Positions 8,606 through 18,812 of a stretch of 64,000 nt of DNA are shown in pieces. Made by a program: the position numbers and the translations under genes. Source of the DNA: a virus; the IMG/VR virus record IMGVR_UViG_3300030098_007301, positions 1 through 64,000 of that record. One strand, written 5' to 3'. Below the pieces are notes generated by a model. It did not search any database. It was not told where the DNA came from and saw only the letters and a list, made by a program, of their open reading frames with translations. The stretch's first letter is position 1. Every line of letters begins with the position of its first letter.

Positions 8606-9162
8606 GGAATACCATCATCTTCTTCTGTGGTATTATCTTGGACAGGAGCAGTATTTTCAACTTTTTCCTCAGTTTGAGCAGTTCCCTGTGAGGAATTATT
8701 GTACTGATTAGACTCGATGCTGTCAGTAAAATAATTTTTAAGAACCGTTAGGGCGTACTCTTTCAACATACGTCCTTCAGCAAAATTGAAGCCAATAATG
8801 AAAGACTTCTTGACGTTTTCCTGAGAATTGCTTTGATTCAAAGAAAAACTATAGCCTACTTGGTTCCCTTCTCGCAGGTAGGGAGAAAACTTAAAAGTAG
8901 TATTTCTCTCCTTATTTCCATGGAAGTTTCCATATTCTCCGTTGGTTTCAATTGCATGAACCAACCCAGCAAGTTCAGTCACGCTGAACTTCGAGTAAGC
9001 CTTTTTTTCAGGCGATGCTCCTTTGAAGGTTCCAGTTTTAGTATCGGAATTCCAAGAGGATTGACGGACAAAGTTAACCCATAGGGCTTTGTCTTTTTTA
9101 CTGTAAGAAAAAGAGCAGGCGGAGCCTGTGTTTTTCGCGTTAGGTTTATAGAACTGAATCAT
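8599..9162 (-). CDS. Putative ssDNA-binding protein
   Basis: Beta-rich core, low-complexity linker and acidic tail EEDDGIPW resembling the SSB DDDIPF tail; adjacent to dnaE. Confidence 0.45.
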   Translation of the reverse strand: MIQFYKPNAKNTGSACSFSYSKKDKALWVNFVRQSSWNSDTKTGTFKGASPEKKAYSKFSVTELAGLVHAIETNGEYGNFHGNKERNTTFKFSPYLREGNQVGYSFSLNQSNSQENVKKSFIIGFNFAEGRMLKEYALTVLKNYFTDSIESNQYNNSSQGTAQTEEKVENTAPVQDNTTEEDDGIPW

Positions 9163-9180
9163 GTCAGTGGGAAAATTTTA

Positions 9181-11823
9181 CTAGGACTGGGGTACTGAGT
9201 CAAGCTTTTTTATTTCACTTAATTTCATGTAAATTTTCTGGTCTTGAACTTTAATTAAGTCGGCAAAGATAGTATCTCCATCTTTTAGGGAGCCTCTAAC
9301 AATAACAATGCTCTTTTTTTCGGGGAGTTGGCCTCCGTTCATTTCACGGCATTCCTCAATGTTATCTTTTTGACTATTTGAAAAAATCATAACGGTGCAG
9401 GTAGAGGATTCGTCCTTAACCTGTATTTTGAACCAACCGTTACCCTTTTTACTTTTACCGGTGCCTAGCACCTCTTCGACCGTGCCGATAAAATTGACTC
9501 TAGAGTTAGCTCTCCGTTCAAGGCAGTCTTCTACGCTATCTAAATGAGAATAATCTTGATGAACTTCTTTTAGCTTTCGTCCATGAGTATATCCTAATAA
9601 GGCGTTCTCGTAGTACCAATTAGCAAAATCTTCATTAGCTTTATTCTTATTGTAAATTTCTCTATAGGGCGCGAAATGCTTACGAATAGTAGCCAACCTT
9701 GAGTCTTTGATGATTTGTTTGCCTTTATCATCTTTTAGCTCTTTATTCATCATCCCAACTATTTCCCTTAAATCATATTCTTTAGAAGAACCTACTTCAA
9801 AAGCGTATCGTTTTTCTCTGTCGGTTAAAATGTTCCAAAGTTGAGCTTCGGCTACCATGTAACTGCGTGGTTTATTAAATGTACCTTCTAATGCTCCAGC
9901 TTGAATCAAAGACGACAAAATTCCTATTCCGATACCAGCTTCGTTAGCTCCTTGGAAAACTTCAAATTTGTTAGAGTATTGGTCTTTAAAAGATTGTAGG
10001 GCCTCGATGGATTTTTCAGCGATTCCTTTAATAGACGTTAAGCCAAAGCGAATATCATTTCCCTCAATGCTGAACTCCATATCAGACTTCATTAAGTGAG
10101 GCGCGAGAAGTTTAATATTAAACTTAGGAAGCTCTCTAGCAATTTTTGATATTTCAACCATAGGATCTGGCTCATATCTAGTCATTTGTAGTAATGCTAA
10201 AAAGAATTCCTGTGGATATTTAAATTTTAAATAAACAGTAAGAGCGGCTAGTGATGCGTAAGAAATTGAATGAGACTTGTTAAAAGAATAATTAGCTGAG
10301 TCTTCTAGTACTTGCCACAAGATGTCTCCTATTTCTTTTTCTAGATTATTTTCTTTTACTTTATCTTTAATTTTCTTCTTCCACTTCTTGACTTCATTAA
10401 CCTTTTTCTTGCCAACGATGCGGCGTAGTATTTCCGCTTCATCTAAAGTAAATCCAATTTTGTGAGCCATCTTCATCATCTGTTCTTGGTACAAACAGAC
10501 TCCGCCCGTAGTTCCTAATATGTCGTCAAAAAATGGGTGGATGGCCTCATATACATCATTATTAGTATAATTGGCATACTGGTCAACAAAAGCTAATGCG
10601 CCCGGCCTTGCTAACGCTAGGACAGCGCTAAGTTCTTCTAAGCTTTTAGGTTTAACTTTGCGGCATACCTCGTAGTTAGCGTTTGCCTCTACTTGGAAAA
10701 TGCCGTGGCGGTATTTTAAATCGAAAAGTTTTTGATATATAAAAGGGTCATCTAAATCGATGTCTTCAGGAGTAATATCCATCCCTTTTGTCTTTTTGAG
10801 TATTTTGCAGCATGAATCAACAACCGAGGCGGTTCTTAATCCTAAGACATCGAGCTTTACATTAAACATGGATGACCAATCCATATCGTAAGAAGAAACG
10901 GGCTCTTTACTTGAATCTAATTCGCAAGGGCAGCTATCAACTAAATTACTATGGGACAATAACATAGCTGACGGATGAACTCCTTTATTTTTTACAAGCC
11001 CTCTTATTTTTTGCGCTATCTTGTATACTTTAGGGTTATCGTCACACCATTCCTTAAATTTAGGGACTTCATCGTAAGCTTCAGTTATATCTTTGACCTG
11101 TCCAAAAACTTTAGGTATTAATGCTGTAACGCCCGTCATCTCCGACTCCTCCTTGCCTCCAGCTACCTTGCCGCATTCTTTCATTACGAGCTTCCCGCTT
11201 AAAGTGTTAAGGGTTAGAATCTTGGACGTATTCCCGCTAAATTCTTTTTTAAGGTAGGATAGCACATCTTGGCGCCGATAATAACAAACATCAACATCTA
11301 CATCGCACATTAAAGACCCATCTAAATAGGTAACTCCATCTACTACTTTTTTCTTGGCTCTAGCTTTGGAGACAAACCTCTCAAAAAATAAATCATATTT
11401 AACTGGATCTATTTGCGTTATCCGAAGAAGGTAGAGAACCATACTTCCTGCGGCAGAACCCCTGCCTAGGCCTAGCGGGATATTGTTTTCTCGACAATAA
11501 GTTACTACTTTCCAGACTAATAAAATATATTCGGTGAAATCTAATTCTTTTAATATTGAAAGTTCGTACCTAACTCTATCTATATATAGTTTTTTCTTTC
11601 CGGATTTATCTAAACCTAGTTCAGAGAACCTTATTAAGCAAAGCTCTCTTAAAAAATCATAAGTACTTATATCCTCTTTTAGACCGAATTGTTGGATATA
11701 TTTAGGCTCAATCTCAAATTTAGGAAGTCTAACTCCGTGTAAATCTAAATTTATATTTTTAAAACTGGAAGCGAAACTATTCGCCTTTTTTACGTCGTTT
11801 TTTCTTGGGCTTCTTTTTGACAT
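9181..11823 (-). CDS. dnaE: DNA polymerase III alpha (DnaE-type), lacking the N-terminal PHP domain
   Basis: GRGSAAGS, LFFERF, DVDVD, KLDVLGL, YQEQ, YSFNKSHS, IRFGL, C-terminal OB fold. Confidence 0.92.
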   Translation of the reverse strand: MSKRSPRKNDVKKANSFASSFKNINLDLHGVRLPKFEIEPKYIQQFGLKEDISTYDFLRELCLIRFSELGLDKSGKKKLYIDRVRYELSILKELDFTEYILLVWKVVTYCRENNIPLGLGRGSAAGSMVLYLLRITQIDPVKYDLFFERFVSKARAKKKVVDGVTYLDGSLMCDVDVDVCYYRRQDVLSYLKKEFSGNTSKILTLNTLSGKLVMKECGKVAGGKEESEMTGVTALIPKVFGQVKDITEAYDEVPKFKEWCDDNPKVYKIAQKIRGLVKNKGVHPSAMLLSHSNLVDSCPCELDSSKEPVSSYDMDWSSMFNVKLDVLGLRTASVVDSCCKILKKTKGMDITPEDIDLDDPFIYQKLFDLKYRHGIFQVEANANYEVCRKVKPKSLEELSAVLALARPGALAFVDQYANYTNNDVYEAIHPFFDDILGTTGGVCLYQEQMMKMAHKIGFTLDEAEILRRIVGKKKVNEVKKWKKKIKDKVKENNLEKEIGDILWQVLEDSANYSFNKSHSISYASLAALTVYLKFKYPQEFFLALLQMTRYEPDPMVEISKIARELPKFNIKLLAPHLMKSDMEFSIEGNDIRFGLTSIKGIAEKSIEALQSFKDQYSNKFEVFQGANEAGIGIGILSSLIQAGALEGTFNKPRSYMVAEAQLWNILTDREKRYAFEVGSSKEYDLREIVGMMNKELKDDKGKQIIKDSRLATIRKHFAPYREIYNKNKANEDFANWYYENALLGYTHGRKLKEVHQDYSHLDSVEDCLERRANSRVNFIGTVEEVLGTGKSKKGNGWFKIQVKDESSTCTVMIFSNSQKDNIEECREMNGGQLPEKKSIVIVRGSLKDGDTIFADLIKVQDQKIYMKLSEIKKLDSVPQS

Positions 11824-12022
11824 TGTTCCCCGTCCTCTCTTTTAATATATTTTTTATTTCTTCTATAGAAGCGTAAAAAGCGTTTTCTGAATCTGGCTTT
11901 ATGCTAAAAAACGCGTCGACCTTATCTTCTTCGCGTCCTTCGCGCATTGTAATAACCAAATAATCAAGCTTTTCTTCATCAAACTTCTCTACTAAATCGT
12001 ATACAAAATCTAAACTAGGCAT
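11777..12022 (-). CDS. Hypothetical protein
   Basis: 81 aa with basic tail; TATAAT 6 nt before the ATG. Confidence 0.6.
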   Translation of the reverse strand: MPSLDFVYDLVEKFDEEKLDYLVITMREGREEDKVDAFFSIKPDSENAFYASIEEIKNILKERTGNNVKKKPKKKRRKKGE

Positions 12023-12050
12023 ATCTAAATTATATGCCTCGTTAGATAAA

Positions 12051-12692
12051 TTAAAAATCTATTTGATATTTCAACTTATTCCAAACTTTAATGTTTAACT
12101 CTAGGTCCACTAAAGCGTCATGAAGCTTTTCATAATTATGTTTAATATTATTAGATTTGCCTAACGCACCTAAGCTAGTTCTCATACCTCTTTTCCTTAC
12201 GTTAAGCATTTTTATTTGGAAATCTAATAGGGAGAATTCATTCTCCTTAAAAGGATATTCAGTAGCGATAGATCGGGCTATTGCTAAAGTATCTAAAACT
12301 TTATAGGGTAAATGATTATACTTTTTATTGTGTTTCTTATACCAATTCCTAAGTAGATAAATGTCAAACCCTAAAACATTATGCCCAACAATATAATCAC
12401 AATCCTCAACAAGACGATAAACTGTTTCAAAAGCTTCTTCTTCGGGGACGCATTTTTGCCTGAATGCCGTTTCAGAATAGCCAGTTATACGTTTAGCTTC
12501 TTTGCCTATTTTTAAATCGGTATCCCACTTGAGATATAGGTCATGTTTTTCGGAGGCATTTCCATTTGAATCGGTATAAATCAATGCCGCCTGCCATGGA
12601 AGGTTCAATGATTCGTGGAGAGCTAAATTAAAAGTCTCAAAATCTAAAAACAAAAATTTCTTATCTTGAAATCTTATTAAATGGCTATCCAT
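12051..12692 (-). CDS. DEDDh 3'-5' exonuclease (Pol III epsilon-like)
   Basis: LDFET, GHNVLGFD, DTL, HDALVD. Confidence 0.88.
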   Translation of the reverse strand: MDSHLIRFQDKKFLFLDFETFNLALHESLNLPWQAALIYTDSNGNASEKHDLYLKWDTDLKIGKEAKRITGYSETAFRQKCVPEEEAFETVYRLVEDCDYIVGHNVLGFDIYLLRNWYKKHNKKYNHLPYKVLDTLAIARSIATEYPFKENEFSLLDFQIKMLNVRKRGMRTSLGALGKSNNIKHNYEKLHDALVDLELNIKVWNKLKYQIDF

Positions 12693-13446
12693 TTACAGCC
12701 TCCTTGTAGCTTTCGTAGCAAAAGTTATTTGAACACATCCCGTCAAAGTTAGGTTTTTCTAGCGATGTTCTTTTGTTAATACATCTATGAGTTAAGTAAG
12801 CTGAAAAATCCTCTCTATCTTTATAGTAAATGCTTTTAGTTTTAACTATTTCATATTTACCTTCGCAAAACTTGTCTACTGCCTTCCCCATATCTTCGTC
12901 GAGCAGAGTGTCGTTATCTTCTTTGAAGAAAAACGGGCTCGCAAAAGAAAAATCAGGAATGCATTGAGAGTTATTATATTTATTATTATAAAGAAAAGAA
13001 TCGTAAAAGGGAATAGCTAAAAGCAAATCATTGCTCCACATATTTTTTAAAGTTTTAAAATCCATACGCGGCTCATAATAAAACCCGTCTTGAGCTGCGC
13101 GAGTATAAATCTTAATTAAATCTTGATAACCTTTAGAGTTCTTAATAAAAATTATGTTTTTGAAAGAATTTTTTCTACCCTCGTCTGACTTAACGCTAAG
13201 ATCAGGGCAAAAAGTTAAACGTAATCCAAATATAAGCTTCTTTTTTAGTTCTTTAGCGTTTGTGTAAGCTTCCAGAAACCCAGCTATACTGTCTTCAACT
13301 AAATAAACTTCTTCAAGTTCTGCTTCTTGAGCGATGTCAAAAACTGAATCAGAACTAGAAGGGTCATCTTCTTTGGGTAGATCTAAGGTTAAAATAGACC
13401 TACCTAAGCTATAATGACTTTTAAATAGCGGTACTATGTCCGACAT
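12685..13446 (-). CDS. Stand-alone PHP domain of DNA polymerase III alpha
   Basis: SHYSL, KLIFGL, KNSKGYQDLIKI...GFYYEPRMD, as in the DnaE N-terminus. Confidence 0.82.
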   Translation of the reverse strand: MSDIVPLFKSHYSLGRSILTLDLPKEDDPSSSDSVFDIAQEAELEEVYLVEDSIAGFLEAYTNAKELKKKLIFGLRLTFCPDLSVKSDEGRKNSFKNIIFIKNSKGYQDLIKIYTRAAQDGFYYEPRMDFKTLKNMWSNDLLLAIPFYDSFLYNNKYNNSQCIPDFSFASPFFFKEDNDTLLDEDMGKAVDKFCEGKYEIVKTKSIYYKDREDFSAYLTHRCINKRTSLEKPNFDGMCSNNFCYESYKEAVNG

Positions 13447-13466
13447 GGAAGTTATTGTATATTACT

Positions 13467-14459
13467 TCAGGAAAACAAGTCAAGAATATTTTCGCTAGAT
13501 GAAGCATGTCTTGGGCATCCTGCGTAATTTCTTATTTCTATTTTTTGCCCAGCTTCTAGCTTATTTTGTAATATTTCTTTTTTTAAAGATTTATTAATTT
13601 CTTCCCCTTCTTCGTTGGTTGTTACGAAATAATCATAACTATCAATATAAGGGCATCTCCATTTCCCAATCTTACAAAGCCAAGAATTCTTTTTAGTATC
13701 AGCCGCATAATTTGTTTTAGCTGTCTCTTCAGTAAAATTATTAATTATTTGAAAAGTGTGAGCTAAATAATACTCTAACCCTCTTAGTTGCTCTTGGTTA
13801 AATTGTAATTGCTGCAGTGGCTTGCGAGGGTGTCTTAAGAACTGAAACTCTACAGTAGGTTTGTAATCGGGCCATTCTTTTTGAGCGGCTAAAGTATAAA
13901 CCATGGCTTGAACATTTGAGTGGAGTTCTTCTCCTCTAAATTTATATTTGCTGCTTTTATAATCTACAATCTTAATTTTTTTACCGCGCTTGTAAACAAT
14001 TGGTTTATCGATGAAGCCTCTAATTTTATACTCAGGATCTTTATTTTCTAATAGGAATTCTAACTCAGGTTTGTCAACCTTTCCGCCCCAACCAAAAAAA
14101 TCACAATTTAAACCTACTACAATCATATCATCAACTAACTCAGTATTTTCTTCATTAGTCATAGGTAGGTCAAAGCTGTTCTCCATTTGGGTCAAGTGCT
14201 TCATTACCATTCGATGAACCGCTGGGCTTTTTTTAATTGATCCCCCTTTAAATATTTTATCAAAATGCTTCTTATGCTTTTTCTTAACTAGCATTTCAAA
14301 TACTAAATGGCATACAGTCCCTCTTAAAGCCCCCTCATTTTGTTTTTGGGGAAGTTTTAAATGATAATTGCACCAATAAGACCAAGAGCAAGTCTCTAAA
14401 GTTTTAATTCGTGAAGCGGAAAGAACTTTTTCTTTTACGCTTTTATTTGTTTCTGCCAT
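13467..14459 (-). CDS. PD-(D/E)XK RecB/AddB/Cas4-like exonuclease
   Basis: LSASRIKT..C, GTVCH, RGFID, IVDYKS, QAMVY, C-terminal Cys residues; start taken at MAETNK. Confidence 0.8.
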   Translation of the reverse strand: MAETNKSVKEKVLSASRIKTLETCSWSYWCNYHLKLPQKQNEGALRGTVCHLVFEMLVKKKHKKHFDKIFKGGSIKKSPAVHRMVMKHLTQMENSFDLPMTNEENTELVDDMIVVGLNCDFFGWGGKVDKPELEFLLENKDPEYKIRGFIDKPIVYKRGKKIKIVDYKSSKYKFRGEELHSNVQAMVYTLAAQKEWPDYKPTVEFQFLRHPRKPLQQLQFNQEQLRGLEYYLAHTFQIINNFTEETAKTNYAADTKKNSWLCKIGKWRCPYIDSYDYFVTTNEEGEEINKSLKKEILQNKLEAGQKIEIRNYAGCPRHASSSENILDLFS

Positions 14460-15337
14460 GTTAAAATTTCTGATGTTGTCATGCATCCAAAGTCATTTTT
14501 TGGGGGCAAGTTTATAGACACTTGATGATCGTCAAAGAAGTTAAGAAGTTGTGATTGTATTTTCTCTGCCGCTTGGTTACCAGCGTCCGAGTTGTTAGAG
14601 TCGTTGTTTAAGCAAATATGAATTTTTTTTACTCCCAGAGATATTAAAATTGATTTTATCTTGGAGGAGGCAGTTAAGCCAAATAAAACTAAAGTATTTT
14701 TTATGCCCGCCTCCCATAGGGAAAGCATATCTCCTATACTCTCTATTAAAAATACGGAGCCCTTTTCTTTTATGTGGTGCTTGTTATATTTAAATGGATA
14801 AACCCAATATTTTTTATCACCTAGTAACTTCCATTTCATTTGATGTTTACCAGTTATGTCTCTACCAGCTACTCCGACTAGGTTATCCATTTTGTCAAAT
14901 ATAGGGAAAACGTAACGGTTAGGCATTTTACCTGAAGTCATTACCCCACATTGAAAATTACTAAGAGTTTTAGAGGATATACCTCTATTGTTCCAATAGG
15001 TGTCATCTTTATTTATACTATCTAAGTTCTTTTTGTTAAATAACTTCCTATCTCTAATTTTTTCTTTTACTATTTGCTTATGTTCAAAAGTAAAATTTTT
15101 ACTGATAAAGTCTTTAGCGTCAGATATATCTTTTAGCTTTAGAGTTATTTGAACTAAATCTTCTAGGCTCCCATGTTTGCTTGTTTTGAAATCAAACCAT
15201 ACTCCAGTTTCTTTTTGGATGCATAGTACATTGGGATTATCGGAGTCCCTGTAAAGTGGCTTAGTTCTATATTCTTTACCGCAGTCTCGGAGATTGTATC
15301 CTATCTCGCTTAAAATGTCTCTTACTTCGTCACTCAT
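14435..15337 (-). CDS. dnaG: DNA primase (DnaG-like Toprim)
   Basis: RYVFPIFD, VAGR, LIESIGD, NND..AG; upstream of the helicase. Confidence 0.8.
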   Translation of the reverse strand: MSDEVRDILSEIGYNLRDCGKEYRTKPLYRDSDNPNVLCIQKETGVWFDFKTSKHGSLEDLVQITLKLKDISDAKDFISKNFTFEHKQIVKEKIRDRKLFNKKNLDSINKDDTYWNNRGISSKTLSNFQCGVMTSGKMPNRYVFPIFDKMDNLVGVAGRDITGKHQMKWKLLGDKKYWVYPFKYNKHHIKEKGSVFLIESIGDMLSLWEAGIKNTLVLFGLTASSKIKSILISLGVKKIHICLNNDSNNSDAGNQAAEKIQSQLLNFFDDHQVSINLPPKNDFGCMTTSEILTWQKQIKA

Positions 15338-16836
15338 AAAGCAAAATCGTCGTCTATATTGTCTCCTTGAATATCAAAATTTTGTTCTTCATGTCTAATT
15401 ATATCAGCTAAAGAACCTTGTTCTGAGACTTTGAAATTTTGTACCGAGAAGTTTAAAAAGTTATTTATAAATTTTTCGCTTGTTACTTCCCTGCCATTTA
15501 TAGTTTCTCTAACAGTGCGTCTCATTAGGTCTTGATGGCCAGCGGCATCGCGACCTTGGAACCGAGTTTTAAGAGGGATTAACTTATGAGTACCAAACCT
15601 ATCTCCGTCTAAAGCTATTTCATCAAGCGTCTTGCGGCGAAAGATAGCCACAAAAGTAGCAAACCATTGTAACCTGTCTGAGAGTGATATAGCGGAACTA
15701 TCATCTACCAAGCTAGAAGAATTTCTATTATGCATCTCACCGGATCGGTTCATTTGCATAGCTGTTATTAGTGGAGCTTTTATTTCTTCGGCTACTCTTT
15801 TGAGTTTATCTATTTTTTCACCGATTGCTTGATGCTCTGCCCAGTTTTTATCAACTCTCTCTCCTGTTAATTTAACATAGTCATAAGCTATAACGCATCT
15901 ATTTCCGCGCCCGACATGCTGCATATGCCACCGCCTAATCATGGAACATACTTCATCAACAGTTTTGTTGCGGACATGATAATGGAAGTATTGATATTTC
16001 TTTAAGTTACCAAACCACTCCCTGACCTTTTCGGTCATCTCTTTATTTTTCCTCCATTTACCTGTTTCTAAATACCAAAGTGGAACACCAGTATTGGCCG
16101 CTCCCATTCTAAATTGAATTTCTTCAGTAGTCATTTCTGTATCTAAAACAAGTACTGGGACATTGTTTTTAATAGCTGCTCCTAGGCATAAATCGTTTAT
16201 AAAAGTAGTTTTACCTTGGGCTGGGCGAGAAACAATCGCATAGACGTTTCCGTCTCTTAATCCTCCATAGAGTCTATTGAATTCATTATAGGTAGTAGAT
16301 AGGCCGGTATCATCGACAGGATTGTCTCCTCTATCTTCTATTTTTAATTCTAGATCATCGAATACATTTGCAGGGTCGTCCTCAAAGTCAAAGCTGGATA
16401 TCTTTTCTCCGTATATTGAATCACATTTAGATATTATCTCTCCTAAATCTTCATTCGCACAACTACGAGTATGGTCTTTTATCCTATCTGCTGTCTCAAA
16501 AATTTCACGCCTAATCCTAACTTTAACTAATTCTTTGAAAGCATCTATAGCTGCGGCTTTAGTTATAGGAGTATACGAGATTGATTTTATATAATCATGA
16601 ATGTCTATATCGTCTTTAGTGGCGATTCCTAAGTTTAAAATTTTAGTAGCAATTAAAACTTGATCTATTTTATCTCCAGCTAAAAATGAATCTCTGACAA
16701 CGCAAAATATAGTCTTGTGTACATCGTTATAGAAGTCTCCAGCCGAAACAAAAGAGTCGACTTCTGCAACTACGTCAGGGTGGCGTATGAGGCCGGAAAG
16801 GCAATGCCTCTCCACCTCTTTAGAAAAGATGGGCAT
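15334..16836 (-). CDS. dnaB: Replicative DnaB-like helicase
   Basis: SRPAQGKT, LDTEM, YDY, AMQMNR. Confidence 0.9.
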   Translation of the reverse strand: MPIFSKEVERHCLSGLIRHPDVVAEVDSFVSAGDFYNDVHKTIFCVVRDSFLAGDKIDQVLIATKILNLGIATKDDIDIHDYIKSISYTPITKAAAIDAFKELVKVRIRREIFETADRIKDHTRSCANEDLGEIISKCDSIYGEKISSFDFEDDPANVFDDLELKIEDRGDNPVDDTGLSTTYNEFNRLYGGLRDGNVYAIVSRPAQGKTTFINDLCLGAAIKNNVPVLVLDTEMTTEEIQFRMGAANTGVPLWYLETGKWRKNKEMTEKVREWFGNLKKYQYFHYHVRNKTVDEVCSMIRRWHMQHVGRGNRCVIAYDYVKLTGERVDKNWAEHQAIGEKIDKLKRVAEEIKAPLITAMQMNRSGEMHNRNSSSLVDDSSAISLSDRLQWFATFVAIFRRKTLDEIALDGDRFGTHKLIPLKTRFQGRDAAGHQDLMRRTVRETINGREVTSEKFINNFLNFSVQNFKVSEQGSLADIIRHEEQNFDIQGDNIDDDFAL

Positions 16837-16840
16837 TTAT

Positions 16841-18118
16841 TTATTTGTAAACGCGGTCGACTTTAAAGAAATAATCAAATAGATTATCAGGGGCTTGGAG
16901 TCCGCCGATAGCTGTATATACGGCTAGGCCCTTTTTAGCTCCAGCGTAAATACCTCTATGCACCGTAGAATTAGATCCCATCATCCGACTTAGCTGCTCA
17001 AAGCCGTGTTCCAAACTAGACTGAGGAATACTATCGAGAGACTGCTTGTCTCCTATGATTACGCAGGCAGCGACGTTGCCTGTCGCTGCGTCAACGCCAG
17101 CTAGAATATTTTTACGAAGATTATCTCTTACAGCGTAAGAAATTCCTGTTTCAGAAGTATCTTTAATGGGAGTAGCTCCAAACATTATAATTCCCGAAGA
17201 AAATATAGTATCTAGGTCAGCTTTATCGAAGGTTGTATAGGCAGACTCCTTCGCAGAAATCTTATTAAATAAATGAAACACAGAACAAATACTATTATTG
17301 GCCGTGCCCCAAAACTGATTGACAGTTAACTTTGGATAAAGTTGTTTGATTTTTTCATTGTCTAAGATTATAAGCGGTGAAATTACTCCTGCCTTTTGTA
17401 AGTCAACGACTTTGCTGACAGTTTTCTTTGAGTTCTCTTGAACTTTTATGCCTTCTCCTCTAGTTGGTAGGGCAAGTATGCATCCTACTTTGGCATCAGT
17501 ATCTTTTGTCTCTTTACCGAGAGACTGATTAAGATCATGACATATCTCTAAAACTCTAGCTACTCCTCCTGCTCCAGTCCCACCTCCTGCGCCAGCGCAA
17601 ACCAAAACTCTTTCATACCCAGTGCCAAAAGTTTTCTTAAGAAAATCTAAAATGTCTTCGTAACGAGTGCGGAACACTTCGTCGGCAGCGTCTGGATTTT
17701 TTCCCGCTCCACCGTCGCCAATCAAAAGCTTATTTGATTCTGGCATTTTGATAAGAGATAGGTCTTGTTGAGCTGTATTTATAACTCCTACGCGACGATA
17801 CCCTAGGTTCCAAAAAGACTCGGCTAAGCGGGAGCCTCCTTGGCCGACCCCTACAACGGCAAAATTAAAAGCTGCATCGCTAAATTCATCAGTTACGCCA
17901 TCTTCAATCGGGTCATCATCTGGTAATGGTATGTCGGGCAAATCAATACCTAAATCTTCCACCTCACTATGTACAGCTTCCTGTACAGGTCCTGCCTCAT
18001 TATTTGAGTGGCGTTCTTCGGCTGGCGCGACAGGGACTTCGGGGGCTTCTCCAGCTACTAAACTGGGAGGGGGAGTATCCTGTTGCGGATAATAATCATT
18101 TATACTTGTATCACTCAT
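16841..18118 (-). CDS. Tubulin/FtsZ-family GTPase
   Basis: VGVGQGGSR, INTA, GAGKNP, GGGTGAG signature, LDNE, DKAD; ~80-aa acidic/Pro-rich N-terminus. Confidence 0.88.
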   Translation of the reverse strand: MSDTSINDYYPQQDTPPPSLVAGEAPEVPVAPAEERHSNNEAGPVQEAVHSEVEDLGIDLPDIPLPDDDPIEDGVTDEFSDAAFNFAVVGVGQGGSRLAESFWNLGYRRVGVINTAQQDLSLIKMPESNKLLIGDGGAGKNPDAADEVFRTRYEDILDFLKKTFGTGYERVLVCAGAGGGTGAGGVARVLEICHDLNQSLGKETKDTDAKVGCILALPTRGEGIKVQENSKKTVSKVVDLQKAGVISPLIILDNEKIKQLYPKLTVNQFWGTANNSICSVFHLFNKISAKESAYTTFDKADLDTIFSSGIIMFGATPIKDTSETGISYAVRDNLRKNILAGVDAATGNVAACVIIGDKQSLDSIPQSSLEHGFEQLSRMMGSNSTVHRGIYAGAKKGLAVYTAIGGLQAPDNLFDYFFKVDRVYK

Positions 18119-18377
18119 CTTCTTCGTATCCTTCTTCGTCTTCTTTAAAAGCTTGGTTTAAATTTTGAGTAAAAGTGTCAGAGTTCATGTTTTCCATGGC
18201 GTCTGACCAATGACTAACTAAATACTGCAATGACATGGCATTTCTTTCGTCTTCAGCTTTAGAATAGACTTGCGGGTTACCGTACTCGTCAAAATTAAAA
18301 AGCATGAACCCTCCACAAGACCATTCACTCAACTGGTCTAAAATGCTGTCAGGAATTCTTCTACCTTTAGTTATCAT
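18111..18377 (-). CDS. Hypothetical protein
   Basis: 88 aa; GTGTAAT motif 14 nt upstream of the ATG. Confidence 0.65.
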   Translation of the reverse strand: MITKGRRIPDSILDQLSEWSCGGFMLFNFDEYGNPQVYSKAEDERNAMSLQYLVSHWSDAMENMNSDTFTQNLNQAFKEDEEGYEEDE

Positions 18378-18395
18378 ACTATTTATTACACTATT

Positions 18396-18812
18396 TTATA
18401 TTGAAACCTCGAATTTCTCCATAATATACTTTTTTGATAAAGACGCTAAATCTTCCTCGAAAATCTCTAAAACTTTAAAGTCATTATTTTCTAGCCAGAC
18501 TACTTTATCGTAATCTCTAGTAATTGATCTTAAATAGTTAGCTCTTGAGTTATTATGAAAAAATTTATTAAATGATTCGTGTTGTGCCCCGTGGCTTTCA
18601 ACTGCAATACGTTTTGTCATGTTGATTAAATCTACTTTCATCCGTGTCCCATAAACAGGAAATTCTTCATAACATATTTGGCCATACCAAAAAGTTTTAA
18701 AAAACTGTTTAACTTCATATTGAAATTTAGATCTACAGTCTGCTTCCCAATTAATTCTATATTTGGTAACGCTTTTATTTACTAATCTGCCTTTTATATC
18801 GTAAAGCTTCAC
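18396..18812 (-). CDS. Vsr/DUF559-like endonuclease
   Basis: EEFPV...KVDL...IAVESHGAQH...RDYDK..WLENN. Confidence 0.65.
   Translation of the reverse strand: MKLYDIKGRLVNKSVTKYRINWEADCRSKFQYEVKQFFKTFWYGQICYEEFPVYGTRMKVDLINMTKRIAVESHGAQHESFNKFFHNNSRANYLRSITRDYDKVVWLENNDFKVLEIFEEDLASLSKKYIMEKFEVSI

Noticed and set aside
13467-14459. Cas4 as an adaptation nuclease for the arrays
   Set aside because: It sits in the replication operon, and such nucleases are common in phages without arrays
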